64,000 nucleotides of DNA from Eledone cirrhosa (taxonomy: Eukaryota), in NCBI GenBank assembly GCA_964016885.1, contig OZ024745.1, positions 109,120,001-109,184,000 of the forward strand, given 5' to 3'. The translations under genes and the position numbers were made by a program. The stretch's first letter is position 1; each line of letters starts with the position of its first letter. The notes below the pieces were generated by a model that saw only the letters and a list, made by a program, of their open reading frames with translations, did not search any database and was not told the DNA's origin. Below are positions 52,771-64,000 of this stretch, piece by piece.

Positions 52771-54032
52771 GTCTGCGTATTGCGCCACAACATGCTAATT
52801 TCACGGGTAGGTTGTTCCAGTGTTCGAACAACATTCTTAAAGCACTTACATTCCAACGCCTCAAAACTTTCTTCCCCTAACATATCTATAAATATAATAA
52901 CAGGGTACTTGAACATATGCAAAGTTCAGTGATAGAAAAACGGCGAGATGGAGAACGTAAAAATAAAAAATAAAACACCTATATACCAGGAAATATATAT
53001 AGGCTGCAAATGATACCATCTTTCTTTGTTATTTGTATATTATGTGACATAGGAATTCCTGAATTTGAATTCTGCCACTGCCAATGGTGTATTTATTTCT
53101 TTGATGTGTAATTTCATTTGTAAGAATTGGTCAAAAATATATCAACTACGTAACTAGAATTTCTTATCAAATGATGGAAGACTTAACAAACCTGTCAATA
53201 TTGGTGTGCTTTCATTCTTTACAGCTGCTTTTACACCCTGGATAATATATTAGCATATATTCGGTTCTATGATCACGTGTTGCTGGTTTTCGCAGAAATA
53301 TCAACGAACACAACACCTTTTCGGAAAGTAATATTTTTCTTCTTTTTTTAATCGCATACCAGACGTATCATAATCAAATTTGTGAATAGAAAATTATATT
53401 TGGTAGTTTTGACACGACTAAACCAAAGTACTAATGACCAATGTAGATTTAGTTTAGATTTTCAGAAGAAAAAGCAAAATCAAAAATGACTTGTATAATT
53501 AATTTTTTCAGTACTAATAGGTTTAATTCTCCTGTTTTTATTACCACATCTTGGTAAGATAACTGATGTTCGTTGCATTCGGCACCAGTATAATCTTAAC
53601 GATGTTGTTCGAAAGATAACTCACATTTGTTTGCAACGATGACACTTAAGAAATGTTGAGGCCATATCAAGGTTATTAAACCCACCAATAAGGAATTTTG
53701 AACTTTAGTTAGAGGTCCCAGGATAAAAGTCGACTCGATAAATGTTTGACAGATGCAACAAATCTTGTTGTAAATCTATTTAAATGGTCAGAAAGGGAGT
53801 GTTGTCTAGTGATTTATGAGTTCTAAACTCCAGTTGTATAAGACAGACAAGAGGTATAATATCCTCGAACGAAACGAAATGACAAATAACCTTAATCCTA
53901 CAGAAAAACTAATTTCAGAAGTATATATATATATATTTTTGTTTTGATACAAAAAGAATTATGGTATTTGTGGGTTGGCAAGAGATGCCAAATTAAGCTT
54001 ATTATATTTCTGTTTGTTTGCTGTTTCAACTA

Positions 54033-54202
54033 CAGATAACATTCCGTTATAACGAATTTTTCAGTATAACGAAAATCTTTTGAATCCTCCGATGTAATAA
54101 ACAAACGCTCGATTTGTTTTGGTCGAGCTCGTTATAAAGAATTTTTCGATACAACAGATTTTTTTTATACCCCGTGAATTTCGTTATAACGGAATTTTAC
54201 TG
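54033..54202. mobile_element. Tigger/pogo-like MITE
   Basis: TA-CAG..attccgttataacgaa...ttcgttataacggaattttaCTG-TA; second copy at 56738-56907. Confidence 0.85.
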
Positions 54203-55489
54203 TATTACAATTATCAGTAACAATGTTTTTTCACCATTATCATAATTAACAGTGTTGTTTAGCTTTATAAAACAGGACATATTGAATATAACATTCACAT
54301 TACAAGAAAATGGATGATAAGCAAAAATAAAGAAAATTCTTCTGATGTTAAAACAAACAATGGTTTCTACAGTTAGAGATTGTCTTTTTTTGAAGAGAGA
54401 AAGACGAAACTGAACAACTGACTACAGAGGTTACATATGAAAGACATATTGAGACATTCACTCAGTCTATATGAAGGAGAGAATATAGAAATGTAAGGAG
54501 AGAGAGAGGGGGGGGGGAGATGGGGAAAGACACAGAAGCAACATATGTGGCAGGAAAAGAGCAATGAGAAAGTAAGAGGGCAAAGAATGAAACAAAGATT
54601 GACTGAGGGTATGAGAGAGAGAGAAAGAGTGAGAGAGAGAGTGAGAGAGAGAGTGAGTGAGAGAGTGAGTGAATGAGAGAGAGAGTGAGTGAGTGAATGA
54701 GAGAGAGAGAGAGTGAGTGAGTGAAAGTGAGAGTGAGTGAACGAGAGAGAGAGTGAGTGAATGAGAGAGAGAGAGAGAGAGTGAATGAGAGAGAGAGAGA
54801 GAGAAAAACAGAGAGAAAGATGAAGTTGGGTTGTTGGGAGACTGAAATAACTATATAATATAGTTTTTTAAAAAAGATTTGAAACAAAAAAAAACAAAAA
54901 CAAAAAACAAAAACAAAATGAACGTGCAAACATTAGCAAAAGAAGTAAAGAAAGAAGGGCGTAGGTGTTAGGTGAGACAGAGTGTAATAACTAAAGAAAA
55001 GAATACGTTTAGACACTATCTTTTATAGGAGTAAAGCTTATAAAGGTGTCAACGTACATTTAATCTTCGACTTTTATCAAACAAGCCAGACAAACGACTT
55101 ACGCTATCCTTCCATACTAAACATTCTCGTCAGCTCCTCGTAATGGAACACTACCTACTCAGTTACATTTTCAACAGAACTCACTTCTAAGAGACTGGGC
55201 GTGGGATTTTTTTAAAATATCACACAGGTAAGAAGAACTAAGGAAAGGCAGGCGTAAATGAGAAGATGGTGGCATCAGTAGTAATAGGAAGAAGAATGAC
55301 GATGACAGCTGTAGTAAGAGTAAGAAAAGCAGTCTGGCAATGTTCCTTCATCTACGTGGTGCCAATACTAGAACTCGCCTCTATGAATAGATCAAACTAA
55401 AACTCCAACACGAAAACATGGAAGTCCTGATTAACAAGATAAGCTGCAGTCTCGAGACAAAACTTTATACTAAAATTCACATGAAGCGT

Positions 55490-56143
55490 AACGACATTAT
55501 TACCAGCCAAATAAAGAAGCCTCTAGATGGCTGCATAATATGCTAGAAATAGTACCCAAATTCCCCCCCTCATTTCATACCATACCGCCTTAAAACATAA
55601 CGCCATGCAGCAGAATGTCGAAGTACAGTATATACTATTTTCAGCCAAACCAAGAAGCATTTAGATGGCTTCACGATATGCTAGAAATAGCACCCAAATT
55701 TCCCTCATTTTATACGTTACCGTCTTAAAGCGTAAGGACATGCAGCAGAATGTCGGACTATATATATTATGTAACCAGCAAAACGAAGAAGCCTCTATCT
55801 AGATGGCTGCATGATATGCTAGAAATAGTACCCAACGTTCCCCCATTTCAAACCTGCCTTAAAATGTAACGACATGCAGCCGAATGTCGAAGTATATATT
55901 ATGTGGCACTATGTTGCCAGCCAAATGAAGAGGTATCTAGATGGTTGCAAAATATGCTAGAAATAGCACCCAAATTTCCCTCATTTCATACCTGTCTTAA
56001 AACGTAACGACATGCAGCGGAATGTCAGACTATATATTATGTGGCGCTAAATTACCAGCCAAGCGAAGAAGCCTCTAGATGGCTGCACGATATGCTAGAT
56101 ATAGCAACCAAATTCCCCCCATTTCATACCTTACCGTCTTAAA
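55490..56143. repeat. 138 bp diverged tandem repeat x~4.7
   Basis: tgctaga at 55541, 55679, 55817, 55955 and 56093. Confidence 0.9.
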
Positions 56144-56737
56144 AATGATAAAATAGATATACTATGTCCAACCCCCCCCCCCCCCCCCCCCCTCCTGCTA
56201 CTTAAAGACTGGGTCGGTCTCGGCTGTATTGTCTGCTCGATCAAGGCGGACCTGGGTTAAATAACAATAGCAAAGTCTGACACCAGGGATGACTTTAAAT
56301 TAAATTTCAATTTTTCTTAGGACGGTGGATTGGCAGAATCGGTAGGGCGCCGGAAAACAAGCTATGTAACATAGAGTTATGATCCTTTACGTTCTAAGTT
56401 CAAATATCACCGAGAATAGCTTTGCCTTTCATCCTTACGAGGTTGATCAAATAAAGTAGCCGGAACGAACTGGGGTCAATTTAACCCACTCTCCCACAAA
56501 TGAAGCCCTGTGCTAGTTAAGTTATGAGGCCCCCACTTGGGCTTTGAAGGACGTAATTCATCGTAAAAAAATTGGGGGGCAGGAAGACGGACCTCATCCC
56601 CCTGGCCATCGTGGCCCTGTGCTTAAGCACACCTAAGCAGAATGGTAAATCCGGCACTGTATAAGACATATATTGTATGTCAATCCACTACCTGGCGAAC
56701 ATGTATATTTCCATACAAATAAATATTTTTACATATA

Positions 56738-56907
56738 CAGGTAAAATACCATTATAACAAATTTTTCAGTATAACGAAATTTTTTTCAATTCCCGAGTTA
56801 ATAACAAACAAACGCTCGATTTGTTTCGGTCGATCTCTATAAAGAATTTTTCGTTACAACGAATATTTTTTATACCCCGTGAATTTTGTTATAACGGAAT
56901 TTCACTG
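56738..56907. mobile_element. Tigger/pogo-like MITE, second copy
   Basis: Homologous to 54033-54202; TA flanks. Confidence 0.85.
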
Positions 56908-57357
56908 TAAATACTAGCAGACTATTCAATGATGCTTACGAAAGAGATGACTCAGTTGGTGACCAATTTCTTTAAAAAAAAAAAAGAACCACGGTAATTG
57001 TACATAAATGTATTATTTGAAACACCGTTTGTCAGGGAGACACACGGTTCACAAAACCAATTACCTCTGGCAAAAGAAAGAATTCTCAGCGAAGAGTTTC
57101 ATGATTAATAAAGTTTTTACATTTTTTTTCTTTCCCCACCTTTAGCATTTACATAAAGATTGTTCTGACTTCCTGCCCGTGAACCTTCAAGATACGATCC
57201 CATAATACATACGTGACTGACATAAAAGGAACTTAACACACGTTTCGAGTTACGGTTAGAGATATTTGTAGCGGGAAATGAATATAGATTTTACTCATTT
57301 TTTTTTTTACTGAGTAGAATAATTAGACCCCGATGTTGACAAAGAAATATGTGTAAG

Positions 57358-57930
57358 CGATTTCTACTAGAGGCACAAGGCCAGTAATTTTGCAATACTG
57401 CACTTTATTTATCGACTCTGTAAGGATGTAAGGCAATGGTAGCCTCGGTAGGATTTGAACTCGGATCGTAAAGAGGTGTCCGACGCTCTACCGATACTGT
57501 CAATCCACCACTGCGATGTTGAACAATAATAATAATAATGATTTCTTAATTAGGCACCAGGCCAGTAATTTGGGGAGAGAGGAAAGTTGATTAAATCGAC
57601 CCCAGTATAGTACTGGTACGTTATTTTAGCAACTCCGTAAGGATGAAAGCCAAAGTTAACCTCGGCGGGATTTGAACTCAGAATGTAAAGGGATGTAACT
57701 ATGCCACAAAGCATGGAGTCCCACGCTTTACTAACACTGGGAATCCACTCCTCTAATAACAATAATTGTTTCTGATTTGGTGGGGAAAGTCGTTTAAATC
57801 GACACCAGTGCGTGACTGGTACTTTTATTTTATCGACCCCGTAAGGATGAAAGGCAAAGTTAACCTCGGCGGGATTTGAACTCAGTCCGTAAAGGGACGT
57901 AACTGTGCTGCAAAGCATGGCGTCCGACCC
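57358..57930 (-). mobile_element. Three co-oriented SINE-A copies
   Basis: Consensus matches separated by short (TAA)-rich tails. Confidence 0.85.
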
Positions 57931-58327
57931 TAACGATAGGAAAACGATGCTAACAAGAAATGGCGTGAATTATAATATACTTGATTTCTATGCCTATCAT
58001 TTCGCTGATTAAATTGTTTTCTCCACTGCTTTTTATATTCGACAATTACTCTGACTCAATCTCGCTTTCATTTCTGTCTTGTTTGGCACGATCGAACGGA
58101 AAAAGGACTGAAATGTTGTCCAGTGTCATGGATCTACTATATATAAGGAGGACTTCTTCAACTTTGTCTGTCAATTGTACTAATGGCTAATAAATAAAGC
58201 AGAAAACGGGATGTGGTTATACATATACGTCGGGAGGTGGAAGTTAGCGAGCGAGAGAAAGGAAAGTTACAACAGCAGAGGTTAAAAAATGAGTCACGTA
58301 TGCGTGCGTGTTATATATATATGTGCG

Positions 58328-58399
<72 letters not shown>

Positions 58400-58461
58400 A
58401 TAGATAGATAGATATACAATATATTAATAAATGGAAACTATATTTATAAAACCATAATTAT

Positions 58462-58521
58462 TTTATTATATATATTTCAAGGGCGACCAAGGTAAATTAT
58501 GGTGCGCTTTCATCAGATAAA
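58462..58521 (-). ncRNA. Type I hammerhead ribozyme motif, canonical core
   Basis: - strand reads TTTAT CTGATGA AAGCGCACCA-TAATTTACCT-TGGTCGCCCTT GAAA TATATA TA ATAAA; downstream tail is shared with the 13862 copy. Confidence 0.75.
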
Positions 58522-58823
58522 GACAACCTCAACGGTTGAAATTCGCTGGATAGTGGAGATACTTGAGGGTGATACAAAGTTGTGAGTGAGTATGCAAATG
58601 AGTGTCGGAAAAATTGAAAAAAAACAGGATTTATTTAAATTAAACTGTTGGAAGAAAATAGATGTAATAGGGAGAGAGACAAAATACATGTAAAAAGGAG
58701 AGAGACAAAAAATTGAGAGGGAGGGAGATAAAGAGAATAGATAAAGAGATTTTATTTTTAAGCTTGTTGAATCACAACAAATTAAATATAACCTCTGCAT
58801 ATATATATATATATAGATATATA

Positions 58824-59095
<272 letters not shown>

Positions 59096-59850
59096 CCGGG
59101 CTAGACGAATGTAAACGGATAGCTCGTTAAACTTGATAATATTATATATATATATATACGCGCATATGCATATATGTGTGTATGTGCCCGAGCGCATGTT
59201 TATGTAGTTATATAAGTTGAATTCCATAACATACTGAATAATGTTAGACGTTAATTGATACACTCTCACTGTAGTTGGTTAATAGCAGTTAAATTGTCTA
59301 CAATTCTCATAGGACAGTCTTACTTATACAGAGAAATCTACCCACAATCCACCGGATGCAATTGGAAGTATAATCGCAAAGTAAGGGGCTAGATGCGTAG
59401 TTCGGGTCCCATATTGAGATCAACGGATGTGACTGGTAGTATAATCGCAAAATAAGGGCTAGATGCGTAGTTCGGCTCCCATAGTGAGATCCGTTCGTTC
59501 TTCTGTTTGAGACCACTGTGAGTCATATCCCCTGCCCAAAATAATAATATTTTTCTCCCCAAACTACCAAAACACATATATATTTGTATATGCACTACAA
59601 TTTATGTACATGTTCTGATTATCGCATAACGAAGTTTTAAAAAAAATATATTTTGGTTGATATTTGATAATAACAGCTAAACTAATCACTTCAACTACAT
59701 TTACCAAATTTGGCCCCCACCCGCCTAGATAACTCTGAACTCCTTCCATCGCCCCTGATATGTTTGATGGACCTTTCTAATGCTATTGGCTTTATGTCTT
59801 GTGTACCATTAAGCGAGGTAAAGTTGTTCCATAGACTAATGCTTTGGCAT

Positions 59851-59892
<42 letters not shown>

Positions 59893-59995
59893 CGAAGGAA
59901 GTGTGGTGAGGAACCAGGTGGACCATAAAGCAACAGAGTACTCAATACTTAGGGTAGTAGAGTGGGTAATAGGAAAATGTTCAAGACTCCGACGG

Positions 59996-60119
<124 letters not shown>

Positions 60120-60174
60120 CAATAATTCCGAAATGCTTCCACCGCCCCTGTATGTAAGTGTATATGTGTGTGTG

Positions 60175-60233
<59 letters not shown>

Positions 60234-60544
60234 GCATACATGGTGGCTGCCAACTCGTTTTCGAGTACGGCCAATACTTTATATCCATGTAGGAGAACCC
60301 CTACCGATGCGCTGAACGAGTGTGACTTTTTAGTCCAGCCGGCGACTTGAAAACTCTGGTACAAACACTACACTTGTGACAATTATTGGCACATAGTGCT
60401 GGGCCCATGGTACCATGTGACGACAAGTGCAGAGAGATCTCCAGATATAAAGCAATGCCTGTGCCGTGAAGCTTTTATAGTGAGCAAAGGCACTGCACAA
60501 AGCCAGTTCCACTCTCTTAACCAAGATGATATTTACCAAAAATG

Positions 60545-60832
60545 TTGGATACCATCAGGGTTGCAGGTGTTATATCAGAGTTTTCCTTCTCCTAGAATTC
60601 TGTCTTGACAAAGGCTAAGGGGTCATCTCTCCCGGTGATTTTGGATGGCCATTGACTCTTAAGAGCTCCTTTGTCCTTTGACAGGTTTTGTTTTTAGTCC
60701 TGCAGGATGTCCAAAGTCACCCTCCTCACCAAGAAACCTTGGTGGGGTTGCCAGTTTAGTCGCCAACGACCCGACCATGAGACAGGTTGTACTGGGATAT
60801 GTGTTACCAGTAACACCAACTGGTGACCTGAC
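60545..60832 (-). mobile_element. Probable RTE-type 5' UTR-derived sequence
   Basis: Contains agcctt...ctaggagaaggaaaactctga, a motif I recall from RTE 5' regions; not verified by search. Confidence 0.4.
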
Positions 60833-61985
60833 ATGCATGCATGCATGCATACATACATACATACATACATACATACATACATACATACATACATACATAC
60901 ATACATACATACATACATACATACATACATACATACATACATACATACATACATGGACTGTGGTATTTATATATATATTAAACACATACATTGTCAGGGC
61001 GGTGATAAAGGAAGATTGAGTTCTGAATTTAAATCCCACCGAGTTCCACTTTGCCTTTCATCATTCCGGGCTCTATAAACCCAATACCAGTTAAATACTA
61101 GGGTAGATTTAATATGTTAATATTGCAAATCAATATTAAGACTCTTGTCAGATAAACATGATGAATTGAAAGATGAATTTCACTTCTCAAAAATCAAAAC
61201 TTTACTCTGAGCTATCTATTCGACACAGTGTAATACTCTGCCTGAGAATTAACGCAAATGTTGTTGTTTAGGTTCAGGTCAGCTCTGAATGAGCAAATCT
61301 ATGGTCAAGGGTCATATCGTAGGCCCCCTTCGGTCACAAATGACCATGGTTTTACACCTAGAAAGTTTCCTTCCGAGTTACAAGCCCGGGAAAGGTGTGT
61401 TTCTGGAGACAAGCAGTCGGCGATGCATACCAGTCTCCTCTCTACACGCCATCAATGTTGTCCAAGGGATAGGCAATGGTCAATACAACTTGGCACCAGT
61501 GAGGTCGTAACTCATTTCTACAGCTGAGTAAACTGGAGCAACGTGAAATAAAGTGTCTTGCTCAATAACGCAATGCGCCGCTCGGTCCGGGATTCGAACT
61601 CACAACTTTACGATTGTGAGCTCAACGCTCTAACCACTAAGCCACGTTCCTTCACTATGGGTATTCCAGCTGTTATCATCCCATCTTCTCACGGACAACC
61701 TTATTTTCAAACATATGTATATCTAGATATATCCAGGATACACTATCTAATGTGTCCTGATTTTAAGGTAGAAGGTTATTTGAGGGAGATTTAGCTGCTA
61801 TTTCTCACGAAGTAACTCTCTTTGGTTCAATCTAAATCTAAAAAAATATTTCTTAATGTGACTTCAGCCTTAGAAGATTCTGCACGAAGAACACAAAGGT
61901 AAGTGTAGAATAACATGTTTAACATAGTGAGCCCAAAATATATTTTAATCAATTGAAATTATACTTGTAATGAGAAGAAAAATAA

Positions 61986-62528
61986 TCTATAATATAATAA
62001 TCTATAATATAATATAATAAAGTGCAGGACTGTCCGTTTTATATTTTTTGTATCCCTTTAGTAAAATAAGTTGGATTACTTGAAATAAATAATGAATGAA
62101 TATTATGTAATTTATGTACTAAATTTTGTAGCTGTTGATTAAACATAAATATTCTTATATATAAACTATTGCTTATTTTAAGATTCACTTCTTTAAAATT
62201 TTCAAATGTCAACACTTCCGATTAGCGTCTGTTATATTATAACATTTATTACATAGCTTATGTAAACGTTAATATATTTCATCGTTATATAAGGTTTATA
62301 TTTCCGTCACTAATTTTTTACCTTTTCGTTTTCATAACACTGCAGTTTATATATATGCAGTTGATATATAATATTGTCTTTTTTTAATGTATCACGGATT
62401 ACAGAAGAGAGTGTAACACATACTTCGTTCAATTTCTGTGTATTTCATTTGACGTATATCTACATGCATATATATTTGCGTATAATATCACTATGCACAC
62501 TAAGGGGGGGGGGGGGGGGTTCTGCTAG
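61986..62528 (+). mobile_element. Non-autonomous Helitron, same family as 35083-35493
   Basis: A|TC start, shared internal blocks, ttctgCTAG|T end; a G-run occupies the hairpin position. Confidence 0.75.
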
Positions 62529-62883
62529 TTAGTATTAATGAAATGTCTTGTCAAGGGAAAGAACTCTGAAATTTGAATCGATTAAAAATTGAAATGGAGA
62601 CATGCAGTATCGTTTGAGTGTAAGTACAATGACAACTCTGTGTGTGTGTTTAAGTCTTATTAGAAAGATTGCTTTCCTAGACATAATGTTTTCCCTGCTC
62701 AGATTGCGGAAATTGCTATTCTCCACGATAGAAGTAACTGCTTTAGAAGTAACTGCTCTTCTGTTAAGTTCGGTTCATTGTATTTATATAAGTAAGGAAT
62801 GAATATGTATATATATATATATACATGCACATGTATCTAAGGAATATATTTGTATGCACATATATGTGCATATATATTGTATG

Positions 62884-62931
<48 letters not shown>

Positions 62932-63371
62932 AGGAATAATTTTGCAGAAAAACAGTAACAGCAATAAGAAATACTCTAAATAAAATAAATTTAAAAAAAA
63001 CATTAAAAAATATAAATATTTGAAATCTTCTCCTGTGTCTTCTTTAAATTATCTAAGAAAACAGATCATATTTTTCTAAAACAGACCACATTCTTCTAAA
63101 CAAGTTATTTTTATCTAAGATTGGAAATAAATAGAAATTTAAATTACAGATTTCATATTTCCTCATATTCCTCTCTGATTCTTAAATATTTCTTTTTACT
63201 TTCTTTCTTTCGTTCTTTCTTTCTTTCTACCATTTTATTCTCATTTTTGTTTCCTAGTCAGTATTGATCGTGTTAGTTCTTTGAGTGGATTAGTGTTTTT
63301 AATTATCTCAATGTCATGGCAAATATCATGATATGAACATGTGTGTGTATATATATATATATATATATGTA

Positions 63372-64000
63372 TATGTGTGAGAGGGGGGAGAGTCAAACGT
63401 GTGTATGTATACGTGTGAGGGGGGAGAGGCGAACGTGTGTATGTATATGTGTAAGAGGGGGAGTCGAACGTGTGTATGTATATGTGTAAGGGGGGGAGAG
63501 GCGAACGTGTGTATGTATATGTGTAAGGGGGGAGAGGCGAACGTGTGAATGTATATGTGTAAGGGGGGAGTCGAACGTGTGTATGTATACGTGTGAGGGG
63601 GGAGGCGAACGTGTGTATGTATATGTGTAAGAGGGGGAGTCGAACGTGTGTATGTATATGTGTGAGGGGGGAGAGGCGAACGTGTGTATGTATATGTGTG
63701 AGGGGGGGAGTCGAACGTGTGTATGTATATGAGGGGGGGAGTCGAACGTGTGTATGTATATGAGGGGGGGGGGAGTCGAACGTGTGTATGTATATGTGTA
63801 AGGGGGGGGGGGTTCGAACGTGTGTATGTATGTGTAAGGGGGGGAGTCGAACGTGTGTGTGTATGTATGTGTAAGGGGGGGGAGTCGAACGTGTGTGTGT
63901 ATGTATATGTGTGAGAGGGAGAGTCGAACGTGTGTATGTATATGTGTGAGGGGGAGAGGCGAACGTGTGTATGTATATGTGTGAGGGGGAGAGGCGAACG
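63372..64000. repeat. ~35-39 bp minisatellite running off the window
   Basis: Repeated (g)n-ag(t/g)cgaacgtgtgtatgtatatgtgt. Confidence 0.95.

Noticed and set aside
52780-54000. Possible host exons in repeat-poor AT-rich sequence
   Set aside because: The frames I translated by hand contain stops and no recognisable protein; short exons cannot be excluded without RNA data.

Overview
AT-rich, microsatellite-saturated animal intergenic or intronic DNA. The repeat content looks like an octopod cephalopod (inference from remembered repeat motifs, not a search). I find no intact protein-coding gene; nearly all listed ORFs are microsatellite artefacts. The window is a mosaic of about 40 copies of one tRNA-derived SINE, CORE-type SINEs, non-autonomous Helitrons, Tc1/mariner, hAT and piggyBac MITEs, three RTE LINE coding fragments (two with 5' inversions), a CRE-type endonuclease fragment, a mariner transposase C-terminus, and minisatellites. 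The most interesting signal is a set of short, mutually unrelated element families that abut (TA)n arrays and often form tail-out foldbacks. Many carry a type I hammerhead ribozyme (HHR) motif shortly before the (TA)n. Intact cores occur at 462-551 (U3-A8 variant), 13862-13926, 28744-28812, 28876-28937 and 58462-58521, and other families carry fixed non-canonical cores. This fits Penelope-like retroelement ends, but the core diversity is worth testing. All alignments and folds were done by eye.
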